From assembly GCA_028534125.1 (NCBI GenBank), contig CM052818.1, positions 42,038,001-42,102,000 on the forward strand: a stretch of DNA of 64,000 bases. Direction: 5' to 3'. Below, piece after piece: positions 12,495 to 25,774 of the stretch. Within the stretch, counting starts at the first letter, position 1, and every line of letters begins with the position of its first letter. Below the pieces are notes generated by a model. It had not been told where the DNA came from, did no database searches, and saw only the letters and a program-made list of their open reading frames with translations. Source of the stretch: Lama glama. Its lineage: Eukaryota. Both the position numbers and the translations under genes were made by a program.

Positions 12495-12640
12495 TTGTTT
12501 ATTGTTGTTTTTCTTATTTTGAATGAAATCCCAAGAGAGCAGAGATTTGATCAGTTTGTGAACTTTCGTGGCCCCCAGTGCCGAGCACAGGCCCTGGCAA
12601 ATAACAGGCGCTCAACACAGAGCTGACGAATGAGTCCACT
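12495..12640 (+). mobile_element. L2 3' end
   Basis: cccccagtgccgagcacaggccctggcaaataacaggcgctcaac...gacgaatgag. Confidence 0.7.
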
Positions 12641-13534
12641 AACACGGAACTATCTGGGATCCAGGACACCAGACTAAGTCACTACGGCACTGACTCTCAG
12701 ATGCTTTGACTGCTCAGTGCCAGGGCCCTGCTCAGTGACTCGGCCTCAGGCTTTTTATCTGAAGTATGAGCGAGACACCTGACTTACTGACCCCACCAGG
12801 ATGAGATTAAATTAGATAAAATGTCCAAAAGGGTTTTGTGAAAGGAAAACTTGCTGCACTGGGAAAATGGTAATGACGGCACTTAAATAATTTAATACCT
12901 GAATCAGCGGAAAACTTAGAAGCCGTGTGCCCAGATCTCCAGACGAGGAAGGCCCAGAGAGGGGCACTGACTCACCCAGAGCCACAGAGCTCCCCGGGGC
13001 GACTCCTCCTCCACGTGGACCAGATGCCACTTACTCTCTGTCGACACTGGCGTGTTTCCCAGGCTTCTCAGCAAAGCGTGGCAGCACGTGGCCTTGTCCA
13101 GAACTGCCCTCCTTTCAGGTGTAGTTTCCCACCCCCGGGAGCTGCGAGTCTTACCTGGGCAGGAAGACACAGAGCGTATCCAGCCACCCCACCCCCCCAC
13201 AGACCCCCCTGAGCCTGCAGGTCGGCACCAAAGACCAGCCCAGGGCACAGACTGTGTTTTAATCTGGTTTATTCCAAGAGGCAAATTGTGAGCAGGACAG
13301 AGCCCCATCCAGCCCCCACCTCTCACGAAGGAGGTGCCGCAGCCCCAGAACCTTGCTCGGCGTGTCTGTCCCTGTTGTGGGGCCGACAGATGGGACAGGT
13401 GTCCACGAGCTGCCAGGGGCCGGCCACACCCCGAGTCAGCCTGGCATCGACTTGAGCTGCGTCTCCACTGCCTCACGTTTACACAGCCTGTGGAGCCTGA
13501 GCCAGGCTGCAGCCACCTCGCTCCCCTTAGACCC

Positions 13535-13955
13535 TGGACTGGCTTGAATTGTGTCCCCCTACAAGTCCGGTCTTTTCCAGAACCTCAGAATGTGACCTGA
13601 TTAGGACGTAGGAATAATTAATGAGCGGAGATCATATTAAAGAAGGGAGAGCCTTAAATCCAGGATGACTGGCGTCGTTATCAGAAGAGGTGACACAGAG
13701 AGACACAGACACACGGGGAAGGCGGCCACGTGACCACAGAGGCAGCGGTCGGAGCGAAGCGTCCACTAGACAAAAGATCGCTGGTGACAGCAGAAGCGAA
13801 GAGAAAGTCAGGGAAGAAATTTTCCCCTAGGGAGATCGTGGCCCTGCCAACAAATCCACCTTGGACTTGCGGCCTCCAAATCCTTGAGGGAGCCAATTCC
13901 TGTCATCTACCTGCCCCGTTTGCGGCGCTGGGTTAGGGCAGCTCTGGATTAGACA
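13535..13955 (+). mobile_element. MaLR solo LTR (MLT1B/C-like)
   Basis: TG...CA ends; ttgaattgtgtcccc, gaacctcagaatgtgacct, ggccacgtgaccacagaggca; near-perfect 5-bp TSD gaccc (13530-13534) / ggccc (13956-13960). Confidence 0.9.
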
Positions 13956-15150
13956 GGCCCCGTCCCCTCAGTTTCCGTCCACAGGACTTTCTCCCTTTGC
14001 TCCCTGCGTCGCGAAGCAAGTCTTCAGGTCCAGCCCGAGCCTTTCCCGGCAAAGACATCTACGTTCCTGCTTGCTGGTCACCTCTCTCCTCCAAGAGGCA
14101 CCGACATCAGGACACCAAGTCTAGGAGATAAAGGACCTTTCAAGCTCACTTCTGTCCCAGGATGTTCGTAGAAGAATGACCCCAGGGCTCCAGGCAGCAG
14201 GCTCTGGGCCCTAAATGCTGGGTGCCTGCCAACGGCAGATCACAGTCTCCCACACCCACATCCACTGGCAACCCTCAGAGGCTGCTTCCTCAGCCAGGAG
14301 GCAAGGCAGAGGAGGGGGACCGTGGGAAGGAGCTGTGCAGTGGCGGTGACTTGGGGCGCTGCCCGGGTTTGGCAAGGAGGTGGGCTGCTGTCAGGATGCA
14401 GCTCTGTCACCGCTAAGCTGTGCAAGCTCGAAGCAGCCACCCCTCCTTCTGGGCCTCCGTCATCCCATCCCTCCAAGAGCGAGCTGTGTCGAGTGACATC
14501 TGAGGCCACACGGTGCCTGTCGCTGAGGACGACAGATACCCACAGAAGCCACCCTTCCTTTCTTTCCTCCCAGAGACGACACGCTAGCCCTGCTGCAGGA
14601 CAGGATGCCGGTGCGGTCATGGTCTCCCGATCAGGAGACATTAGACCCCAGAGACAAAGCCAAGACAGAGGTAGACCTGGGAAAGACAGGCCCCTTCTTG
14701 GTGAATCTAGCCTCTGTGCTCATTGTGGAAAGGGAAGCCCTGTCTCCTAACCAAACAGCATTTATTTACAGTGGGTTTTGTGTTAAAAGCTGAGCCAGCT
14801 TACTAAAATAATCATGCACCAAACACTCTCTTCGCCTCGCACTCCACTCCCCCGAGCTTTCTGCTTTCTTGGAGAGGGAGAGGCTGAGAGAGCGCTGGAG
14901 AGATAGAATCAAAGGCAGCAGAAAGAGAGATCCAGGCAAAGGCGAGGAGGAGAGAGAAAGAAATCAAGTGAGCGAGGGGCTGGGAAGGAGGGGGGGTGGG
15001 AGAGAGCGAGAGAGACATGGCGGCACTTCTGCTGGGCTTTCCCGCGCCCCTCCTCCGGCCGGTCTTGTCCCAAACCCTCTCCACTCAGTCTCACCCCCCT
15101 CCTTTCTCGAAGTTTCCTCCAACATCTTCCCAGACTCCCTTTTCCCTTCC

Positions 15151-15510
15151 TGTGATGGGTTGAATTGAGTCCCTCAAAATTCAAATGTTGAAGCGCTAAC
15201 CCCCAGTGACCTCAGGTTATGACTGTGTTTGGGGACAGATTCCTTTAAAAAAAAAAAAGGCAATTACATTAAAATGAGGTCACTAGCGTGGGCCCTGATC
15301 CAATATAACTGGTGTCCTTACAAGAAGAGAGGAGGACACAGATGTGTCCAGAGGGAGGGTCATGGGCAGAAGAGCCCAGGGAGAGAGGCCTCCATTTCTA
15401 CTAACCCTACCAACACCTTGGACTTCCAGACCTATGAGAAAATAAATCTCTGTTGTTTAAACCACCCGCCTTGTGATACTTTGTTACAGCCGCCCCAGTA
15501 AGCTAATTAC
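15151..15510 (+). mobile_element. MaLR solo LTR (MLT1A/B-like)
   Basis: tgtgatgggttgaattgagtccctcaaaattcaaatgttgaag...gagaaaataaatctctgttgtttaaaccaccc...agctaattac. Confidence 0.9.
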
Positions 15511-16194
15511 CCCTGTCCTCCGCTGTCCCTCCCAACCTGGCGCTGTCCCACCACCACCGCCTCCACCCCCACAGCCGTCACCCACTCCTGCAGCACCAGG
15601 AGCAAACGGACTTCCTAGGAGCCAGCTGACTTGGTTCTGGGCCAAGCAAGCCACTGACTTGTGTGTGGCCTTGAGGAACTCGCTTCCCTCCGCCGGGCCT
15701 CCCCCCCCCCCCGGCTTGTTATGAAAATGACATTAAATTCCGATATGACAGCGATTTGTTAAAGGATGAAAGAGTCACAGTGGAGAGTTATTATTTGTGT
15801 GGCTGCAAGAAGAGAAAAAAAAAACAGAGTTACCAAACGCATTCTGACAAGTGAACAGCACATAGATACACGCGTTTTCAACAACGAAAGGGATATTTCA
15901 GGAAGTAGAACAGAAAATTAAGATTCGAGACATTTTGAACGTAGTTGTAATTTAACACTTCAGATTCAGCCGTTCTCAAGTTTCCATCCCCTCCCAGCGC
16001 TGGGGTGACATGTGACATCCAATATCCCATGACCCCCTTTGACAGAGGGGTTACCCCCCAAAGGGAAGCAAATAGAACAGACATATGTCAAGCAGCTTCT
16101 CTGGGCAGACCCAGGTCTATAAAAAGCAAAACAAAATAAAACAAAGCAAAACAAAAAAACCTTATTTGACGGACTATAAACTGGTAGAGCCAAT

Positions 16195-16310
16195 ATGATG
16201 CCCCATTGTACAGATGGGAAAACAAAGCTAGACTGATTATGAGTCTTGCCCAAAGCCACATGGTAGTAACTGGTAGAGGCTGGATTTGAGCTCATATCAG
16301 TCTGGCTGGT
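16195..16310 (-). mobile_element. MIR SINE fragment
   Basis: ccccattgtacagatgggaaaac...ttgcccaaagccacatggtagtaactggtagaggctggatttgag. Confidence 0.8.
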
Positions 16311-16375
16311 AATCTCTCCTCGTCCCACAACCATGTGATGTCAGGGACTGTGTTAGGTACTCCAGGCAATGAAAG

Positions 16376-16589
16376 CAGAGATTGTCAACTGGGGGTGGGA
16401 GTAGGGATTTTGCTCCCCAGAGGACATATGGCTGTGTCTGGAGACATCTTTTACTGTCACAATCTGGGGGAGGGGGTGTTAATGACATCTAGTAGGTGGA
16501 GCCTAAGGATGCTGCTAACCATCCTTCAATGCTCAGAACGGTCCGCGCAACAAACATTGCCAATAGTGGCCAAGGTTAGAGGCTCTCTA
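16376..16589 (+). mobile_element. MER20 hAT-Charlie MITE
   Basis: gattttgctccccagaggacatatggctgtgtctggagacatctttt...gacatctagtaggtggagcctaaggatgctgctaaccatcct. Confidence 0.85.
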
Positions 16590-18384
16590 TTAAAGTGATG
16601 GTAATAATAACCTTGGTATTATGAATTAAGCACACAGGGTAGACACTCGTACGCACATCATGCCCTGTAAAGCTCAAGACTAACCCAGAAGGGAAGCTGT
16701 GCTGGTTTTTACATGGAAGAGACTAAGTCTCAAGGATGGCAAGTGAGTTGCCCCTGATGAAAGAAGAGGGTTTCAAACCCAAAGCCCACTGTCCTTCTCT
16801 ATGCCATGGTGCCTACCGAGGCAAGTGAAGACCTGAGGCCTTTCTTGGAGGGTCCTGGGAAGGGAGGGCTGCCCACCACTGTGCTCCCAGGAGGGCAGAG
16901 CTGAGCACCATGTGCAGAGAAGATGGGGTGTCATCACACAAGGCACCCCAAGGGGTGCTGATCCCCAGGGGCCACCAGAACCTCCTCCGGCTATCTGGGC
17001 AGCCAGTCTTGATTTTTTCTGCCTTCAATCTGCTTCCATAACAAATGAGCTTTAACTCAGCTCTGCACTTGACAGTAGAGCAGGGATGTGGGTCTGCACA
17101 CTGCCTCAGGACATCTTGGAAACATGAGTGCCTCGAGGCTGCACATAATAAAATGGCTTATTATTGATATTGCCTCGCTTCATTTCCCACAGGATACCAG
17201 GCATGGGGATATCTGGAGAGCAGCACAGGTTGGAAGATGCTGGGTGATCTTCACTCAACCCCTCCCTCCTCTTCGAGCCTGGGATTGCCCATCTGTAACA
17301 TGAGCCAGTTGGATGAAAAGATCTGTCGGGTTCTCCCCTCTGGGGCGCTGCCGGAGGCTGTCATTCTCCAGGTTCCACAGGTTATCACTGCAAAGCAGCA
17401 GCTGAGCCTGTGGCTTTGGGGAATTCAAAGTTTCCAGTTTCCAGCCCCAAAATAAACAGCCTTCCAAGTTCAAAGAGAGGCGCCTTCCACAGGGAGAGCT
17501 CACTCGACGGCAAGAAGCTTGTCCAAGAATGGGCTCAATGAGCTGAGTGTGAAGGCACTAGAACCACACGAAATGACTGCGTCATAAAGTACACAGCTCT
17601 GCCAGTGAGAGGGAAATGCTCGAGGCATAATGTGGCCGAGACAAACCCAAAACATTTGGCTTCTCAGCCAAGCCCTCAGCCCCCGCCCTCCACCCTTGCA
17701 GCCCCACGCAGGGGCAGTGAAACGTGGTTCCCTCTCTGCCTCTGGTCAGAGACGCGAGGATCCCAGAGCGGCTGAGACAGAAGCTGAGAGGTCCTCAGTG
17801 CGTTTTGTCCAGAGAAGTCCTCAGTTACCCCTAGCGTCCTGGCATACGTGTCAACAGCACCTCTGTCACTCTGGGAAGCGGTAGTGTGCCAGGTGGACTG
17901 TGTGGTCACCCTCTCCAGAAGGATTCTGTGCTACAGAACATGCAGGCTGGAAATCAAGGCTGTCAGCATCACAGCTTGTTAAGCTAGTACTCGGAAACCT
18001 TCTGCAAATGAGAGAGAGAGAAACAGAAGCATCAAAATCAACAAAGGACTGGACCTGCGCCTTGGACCTGCTCCAGATGGGACAGAACTGTTTGCAAAGC
18101 CCTTCGCACAACCTTCAAGGCCGTGACTGACTTTTCTTATTTCTTCTACTCTTCTCCTTTCCCTCCTCTCATACAACTAAAGGCAAAAAAGCGTCGCCCA
18201 ATCCCATTTTAGAGTGGGTAAGAGCACAGGGGATCGAACACCTGCAGAGAAACAAGGTGAGCGCTGTGCCCTGGGAACCAGCACGTGAGCTTTCAGAGTC
18301 AGTTACCTTAACTCTCGCCCCCTCCTAAGAGGCTCCCTGGGCTGGGATGGCAGTGGGATTCAGTGGGTGGAATGAAGCCATACT

Positions 18385-19110
18385 CAACCTAGACATTAGA
18401 CAAAGGAGGTCGTGTTCGTCTTATGGACAAGCTGGGGACGAGCGTGGCTGCGCGTTCACTTGTTAATGATCCAAAGCGAGCCAGCAAGAGGCCTTTCCTG
18501 GGCTTAGCGCACTGCAGCGATTTAATTAGTGCTCGGACGGGATGTGGGAGGCAGGCTGGGCCAGTGTGTGGGAGAAGCGTTGCTGGAGGACAGAGAGCTT
18601 CCAGGATTATGAGGTGCGGGTCCTCGGGATCTGTCGGGGCTGATGATGAGTCAGCCAAATGGCTATAAAGGTAGAATCCACCTCCTCGGTCCAGTCGAAG
18701 GATCCAAGTGGAGGATGTAGGGAGACAACTGAGGGGCTTGGCAAGGCTAATGTGAGTCCAAAAGAACGAGGTGACTCCCATCTAAGGCAAGCAGGTGCCA
18801 CGCTAATTGAGTCATAAAGCCCAGTATAAGGGGCCAAATGGCCCCGCCCAGAGGTAGTCTGGACAAGTCTCACCTGTAATCAAGGACCCAGAGGTTAGTG
18901 CCAAACAGAGGGAAGACAGGATGAAGCGGGGGGGGTGATGTGCTGTGCTGTGGGGAAGCTGGGACCCCCGGGGGGCAGCATGGGTGAAATATACAGAGAG
19001 GTGGTTTAAGCTCCATATATGGGAGGAGCCTAACGATCTGAGTCATCCATGGTCTACCTTGATAGGTGGTGAGCTCCCTGTCACTGGAAGCGTGCAAGTA
19101 GGGGAACTAC
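18385..19110 (+). mobile_element. L3/CR1 LINE fragments (degraded RT region and 3' end)
   Basis: ggtggtgagctccctgtcactggaagcgtgcaag (~19066-19098) is a typical L3 3' motif; upstream tcttatggacaagctgg and aaggctaatgtgagtc are weaker matches, so the 5' boundary is uncertain. Confidence 0.6.
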
Positions 19111-21699
19111 CATCTGCAAGTTTGAGGGGGCAGGAGGATTCAGTCAATGGGAAAAGTCAGTTTATTTTCAGGGTCACTTCCCACTCAGAGGTTGCCACAG
19201 AGCAGGCACTCAAAAGTATTTATCAGAACAACACATGGCTGATGGAGTCACTCAGCCAGGGACCCAGTACCTCTGAAGCCAGGACCACAACTGGACGGGC
19301 AAGTCGTTTCTTCCTCCATCAACAGGATGGGGATTTTTGCCTTCCCTCCTCACCTCGTGGGGCTGTTATGAACATCACATGAAAGGAGACTTTTACGCCG
19401 GGAAAATCTAACTAAAGGATATGAATTTTGCTTTGAAAGAAAAATACAAGGCACCATATAAAAGCCAGAATTGTTTTTAACTCTCAGCCCCGGAATGGAA
19501 GTCTCGCGGCCAGTGTATCCTTCCCATCATAACAATTCTGACAAGAAAGGGACCCCCAAAGAATTTGGCTCCAGCCTTTTCAAGGAAAAGACATGGAAGT
19601 CTTCAAAGAGAGATAAAGTAATTTGTATTTATATGAAGTCAGCAAATTCTTTTTTTTCCTTCCCAGTTCCCACAATTTAGACTGTTAAAAGAACCGTATT
19701 ACGAAACAAACCACTCTAAATAAAGAGAGGAAATCAATCCCAGTTTAGACCTTGTTTAAAGAAATCATTTCAAATCCCACACAAGAAAAACATACACCGG
19801 CCCTGATAAATGCTCTGGAAGCCGGCGGGCCAGGGGAGGAGCGCGAGGCCGTCTCGGGAAGAATCGTAAACACCCAGGGCAGACTGCGATCACACCCAGG
19901 TCCCGAGGCTCCGGGTGGCCACGGGCTGGCCTGGCAGGAGTGGCACTGCCCCTGTCCAGGCAGGACGGTGCCCAGGGGGCAGGTCTGGCGGGGCCAAAGG
20001 AGGCAAGCTCGTGGGTGAGGAGCCCAGGGCCTGGACTCAACACATGTCGAGGCCCCGACCAGGGGCCAGAGGGTCCTGTTTAGAAGCCCCCAGGGAGCAT
20101 GAGCAATCTCAGAAGAAAGACCAAACACTGAACCATAGGCCAGGGAGCCTGTGCTAAGGTGATGGGACCCGAGATTCTGGCTCTGCTCTGAGTCGCTGTG
20201 AGCCCCCGTCTCCTCACCTGCCAAAGCCAGGGGAGAACCCCAAGCCCCAGGCCCGCCCCAGAGGGTGCGTGGTAAGTGCTCAGTGGGGAAGTGTTCCTTT
20301 CTTTGACGAGATCCTTCTTCATCAAGCCCCATCGCTGGTGCCCAATCCACAGCCCCACCGTTTCAACAAAACCACAGTGGCCACCAGCTCCGCTGAAGCT
20401 CCTCCAGTCCCTGAATGTCCCAAGGCTTGGCCTTGGGACAGCCTCCTCTCTCTGCTTGGAAATGTCTCCCCTTCTCATCCTGATGCCTTCCTACCCCGCT
20501 GTCCATGTCCTGTGAGCCTCGTCTGAAGCTCTAGGACAGAGAGAATTGCTCTCCCAGGATTTTTACATTCATTTCACAGCCTATCACGCTGGATTGCCAA
20601 GACCCATTTTCCTTTGTCTCCTCTGCTGGGCTGTGAGTTATGTAAGGGTGGGGAGCAGGTTTGACTCCTCAATGAATCCTATGAGCAAGAAGAAGGAGCC
20701 AAGGAGACAGGGAGGGACTGCCAGTTACTGGTCTGGGTTACTCGAGGCAAGATCCAGGGGGGATGTATGGACAGGAGGCTAAAACAGAAGCAAAGGACCT
20801 GAAGGCGGGATCTCCTGGTACATCCCTTGAACAGCCTCAGCTCCCTACCCTCTCAGCTCCTCCTGGACTCAAACATCTCCCACTCATGCCTTCAGTACAC
20901 AGGGCTTTCTCCCCCAGAAGGCACTCCCCCTTTTTATACCAATTATCTGCTGCCCAACTTGCGAATTCCCTTTTCCTCCAGGGAACCTTCCCTGACTTCA
21001 GGTTAAGTTCATCGCCCTGAGCTTGGCATTTCCTCCAGTCACAGCACCTCTCTTGCAGCCATTGTAGGTTATAAGGTGTGTAGGTCTACTGTTACCCTAG
21101 CCACCACTCTCACTAAGATTCCCAAGGCCCCTCTGCAGAGAGCTGAGGTCCTCGGGACTCCTGGGCGGGAAGCCGTCACTCCGAGCCACAGGGCGGGGTG
21201 GTCCTCCTGCCCCAGCCCCAGCCCCAGCCCCGGGGTCTTCAGGCAGATGGCACCAAGCTCCCTGCTCTTGCATCCCTGTTGTCTCAATGTTGTTCCCAAA
21301 CACGCCACATTTAGCAGCAGTCAGCCTGTGTTCCCTCTCCCACAGCTGATCCGGAGCCCAGGATGGAATGTTCAGCGGGAGACAGAAGGTGCGAAGACGC
21401 GCAATTAGATCCCTATTAAAAAGTTTCAATAATTTGTCTGCAGCAGAATTGATTGCTCTTGTTTCTGCAAATTTCCTCTGTTACAAGAAATGTTTACTTC
21501 TCTAGCTTTCAGCTGAAACGAGTGCAAAACTGGGAGACTCATATGCTGGGAGAGACTGAAAAATGCCCGGCATAGGGGAGGCTCACTAAATGGTTGTGGG
21601 AGGAATGAAATGAATGGGTGAGAGGATGAATGCAGGGGCCCCTCGGGTTACACTAGCGACCACCTTCTCCCAACACCCTGAACCCCTCCTAATAGCATC

Positions 21700-21860
21700 A
21701 ATCACTCACAAGTTCTCTTTCGCATGGCTGTCTACCCACCAGGATGTACGCCCCATGAAGAGATACAGTGATTGCACGCACCCGGCTGTCCTCTGCGTCC
21801 GCAGCCGGAAGCACTGTGCTGGACTCATCATTGGCACCAATAAGTGTTTGAATTAATTAT
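21700..21860 (+). mobile_element. L2 3' end
   Basis: aagcactgtgctggactcatcattggcaccaataagtgtttgaattaat. Confidence 0.55.
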
Positions 21861-24800
21861 GTAATAACTCACAAATGGCACCAGGGAGAAGAAAGAGCTA
21901 TGGGCGGACATCCGCCCTGTGAGTACAAATGTCTGGACTTGAGCCTTGGCCATTCACTGTATGACTGAGGCCCTCTTTTCACCTTGATTTTCTGAAAAGT
22001 GACATGTTGGTCTCCAAAAACCTGTTCCTGGTACCTCCGTGGTAGCTCTTACTCCATGGAAATGGTTTCTTTATCTGTGCAGCTCCCCTGTGAGGCCCCC
22101 ACGGTCAAGGACTGTATAATTTTCCATCCTGTCCCAGCATCCAGCACAATGACGGCATCTCAGGAAACTCAGCAAATGTCTATCCCCCTAAAATTTCTCG
22201 AGGCCCAGATTCCCAACTACCACCTCCTTTGGGGACAAAGTGCCTCCAAGTCAAATCTTAACCTCTGTGCCGCGGGTGTAGGGAGCCACACCCACTTAGT
22301 CAACTCGAAATCTCTGTGCCAGGACCCGTGCCTGGCGCCGTGGAGAGAGGGGTGAAAGCAGCTTGATTTCCACCCTTAGGGAGCTCTCGGTCAGTTGGGA
22401 TGAGAAAGGGGGGTCATGGGGTCAGGACATCACTGTGGGGGGAGTACGGGGAAGAAGGATGAGTTTCCTCCTAGCTCCAGGCCTATGGGTTGATCCTATA
22501 TTCCAAAGGGAAATTCTTTTGCCCTTGAAGATTCCAGAAAAATCTATCTGTACCAGGAAAAAGCTCTCTGGGTTTAGGTCGTTGGCAATATTCCTTGGAA
22601 GGGCAATGTCTTCACCAGTCGGAAGTTTGTGTCTTGAGTCAGGACGGAGGCTGCAGCCATGAAGATGGGTTTGACTCCCATCAAAGGGACAGATTTCCCT
22701 CCCAGGCCCAGGTACCCAGGGAGGCAGCAAAGAGGGGGCTCCATGCATGGAGGATGGACCACTGGTACATTGTCGGCCCTTCCTCCATAATCCCACCCCT
22801 GAAAAAAAGGAGCAGCAGGAGGGCTTCTCGATTCCCCGGATGGGCACAGATGCAGGAGGAAGGCAGGTCCAGGGAAGAGGGGTCCTTCTGGCTCCTCAGT
22901 GCTGCTGGTCCAAATCTTCTACATCAGTTTAGGGTCTTGTTGTGAACTTCCGAAACCAGCTCTGGGGATTTATACCCAAGGGGCTTTGTTAGAGGGGTCT
23001 CAGGAGATTCACCTAAAGGAGAGGTGACTGCGGGATGAGCAGAGGGAACGCCAAGGCTCAGAAAGTAGGAGGCAGGACATAGAGCAGCTCCCTCACGAAA
23101 GAGGCAGTCAGGCAGGGCTACCCTTGTGCAGCTTTGCCCACCAGCACCACCCGAGTGATCTGAAGCCCCTCCCTTTCTCCCTTGCCGACTCACTCGGGAG
23201 CCACTTGGATTCAGAGTCCTAGGAGGCACCACCTAAATCCCTGTTTCCTGCTGTACAGGCAGGACAGGGGCGGTCCAGCACATACGTTTCCAGAGAAGAT
23301 GGTTTTACCTGGGAATTTATCCTTCCACCAGGACCACGTGTTCTGGGAAAATTAACCTCCCGACGGGAAATTGGGTTGTTGTCATAAAGGATCTGGGTGA
23401 CCAAAAACATCGAATGGGTCGTATCAGAGGCTGCCTCTTTTAGGCATTCTGATGACCTACTCCGTTTGTGGCTGGCCCAGAACTGTCACCCACTATTTTG
23501 CTGAATGAATGAAGAAACAAAGAAATAAATCTGTAAGACAGAGATAACAGTTACTCCCTCTTCTAGGTTATTGTAGTAAGATCGTCTGGGAAAAGAACAC
23601 AGGAGAGCCTCCAGCATAAGCAAGCTCTCAGCCACTAAAGGCTGATGAGTGTTCAGTTCAGCACATCAGCACAGTAGCACCTTGGTGCGGTATGTGCCCA
23701 GCATGGACAGGGCAGTTGCGCAGAAAAGAGACTGCAGCTCCAACAAATGATGGCTATTACGTGAAAACAGGAGAGCGCCCCCTCTCACACTCATCGGTCT
23801 GGCAAGAATAAAAGGGCTTGGTCAGACAAGCCTTGGCAGTGAGTGGATCGCTCTGGTCCTGTTCCTCAACTCTCTCAGGATTCTCTCCAGGGTTCCAAGG
23901 AGATGCTCATCACCAGAGCCATTTGTTCCTGCAACAAAATGATTGCTACCAGACTGTAAACTATCTCCTCACTCATGTGGGTGGCACACTCGTGAGGATC
24001 CTGTATTATTATCCCCCGTCACAGATCAATAAGCAACATCCAGAAAGTCACACAAGGAAACAGAGTTCCAACAAGGACCAGAAACCAGGTCTCCTGACTC
24101 CGCGTCCTGGCTGTGTCCCCCGAACCATCGCTGTCTCCCTGGCCTTCCCATAGAAGCTCTCAGAATTAACACACTTTGCAAAGAAAGTTAAATGAGGACA
24201 TTAATGCTTTCCCAGTTTCCCTTCCAGAGGTGTTCTGAGGCTCCGCAGAGACAATACGTGTGACAGTTCTTTGAAAAACACAAAATGCTATGGAAACACA
24301 AGATTCAATTATAGCCAAGCCTGTGCCGAGTCACGTGGCCACTCCAGCAAATTTTTTAACTGCAGAAGAGAATGAAGCAGGGCCCTTCCTGAGAGAGGCC
24401 GCTAACACCTTGACCATAAGGAAATCCTTCCACAACAGAGCCGGCTCCAAGCTAAACAGGGGAGAATTGTTTGGAAGGGGGTCTCATTTCCTTCTTCCCA
24501 CCCCCTCCCTCATGCCGAGTATTCAACAGGCACTAATTTCACTTTATAAATGGAAACTGAATCACTGCATTCCAGGCTGGAAAATGATTGGGAATGAGAG
24601 TATGTCCGAGGTCAAGACCTAGCCACTTCCTCTCTGGACAGGAAGTAGGCTCTCCAAATGGTTCTTGCATGGCCTCCCGGTGATAAAAGGCTGTGCTGGC
24701 CCTGGGCTGGGAGAGCTCTCTGCTCTCTTCATATCTCACTTTAGAGGAGAGAGAGAGAGAGGGGGGAAAAGGAAAAGCCCGGATGTCCCTCTCTAAACAG

Positions 24801-25309
24801 GGATGTCAGCTCAGGAAGGAGGGGTTTTGCAGCTGCCTTTTGGTGGGGGGTTGTCGACAGCATAAGAATTGTTTAAACTCTGTTGTAAACACAGGCATAG
24901 AGTTATGGTGAGTCAGGCAGCGGTGCTGCGCCCTCTCGCAAGCCCCGCACAGGGCCTCCCCGGGTCGGCGGGATCCTGCTCACACAGCTGCCTAGGCCAG
25001 ACTGTGAGGATACAGGGGGAACTCAGGCCTCTGGAGGGCACAGCTAACCAGGTTCCAGACAGAGACCATCAAAGATGAAATTGTCCCGGTACCTGTGGTC
25101 CAGCCTTGGGAGCAGGGGCAGGGAGGGCAGCTGGGAAGTGGGGCTGTGGTTGCTGGTCTGCACTGGGCTCACAGCCCCCAGGAACAAGGATGGGCCATTT
25201 TCCCCCAAGCTCCCCAGCGCCCAGCTCCAGACAGGAGCCCGGAACCCCATCAGCCAATGCCAATAAGCAGAATGTAAAGACAAAGAGAAGCATGTGCTGG
25301 TCCCTCTGG

Positions 25310-25480
25310 TCCACAGACTAACCTGGGTTCAAAGGCAGGCTCCTTGTGCACTAGGTGTGAGATCCTAGGTCGAGTCACTCAGCCACTGGGGGTCTCCACT
25401 TCCACACCTGTGAACTGGGCATAATAATACTGAATTTTCAGAGGTACTATTGAGATTAGAGATCATACCTGGAAAGGCAA
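25310..25480 (+). mobile_element. MIR SINE
   Basis: cagactaacctgggttcaaa...ctaggtgtga...cacctgtgaactgggcataataatac. Confidence 0.7.
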
Positions 25481-25774
25481 ACCCATTTTGGCTTAGAAAG
25501 CTGAATTTGTTCATTCAAATGTCTATGGACCAAGGCTCAAAGATCAGTCAGCCTCTGTCCTTGAGAAATCTAGATCTTTGTAAGAAAAAGAAGGTTGAGA
25601 CCCTATGTTTTGCTCCTTGTAGGAGTGGCGCCTGCACACTATGAAGCACTTGGAAAGGATGCTGAAGAATGAACAGGCAGGAAAGCAATGACCAAAGGCA
25701 GCCTCTGTGATTGGGTCGGGGTGTTTTCTTTCAGTTGTTGGAAATTTCATTTTTTTAAAATGATTACCCCACTT

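Noticed and set aside
15473..15724. Proline-rich ORF (PPPPPPPPQPSP)
   Set aside because: Low-complexity C-rich DNA; the ORF starts in an MLT1 LTR and ends in a MIR-like segment.
19745..20350. 201-aa minus-strand ORF and overlapping ORFs
   Set aside because: No homology recognised; multiple overlapping frames reflect high GC content.
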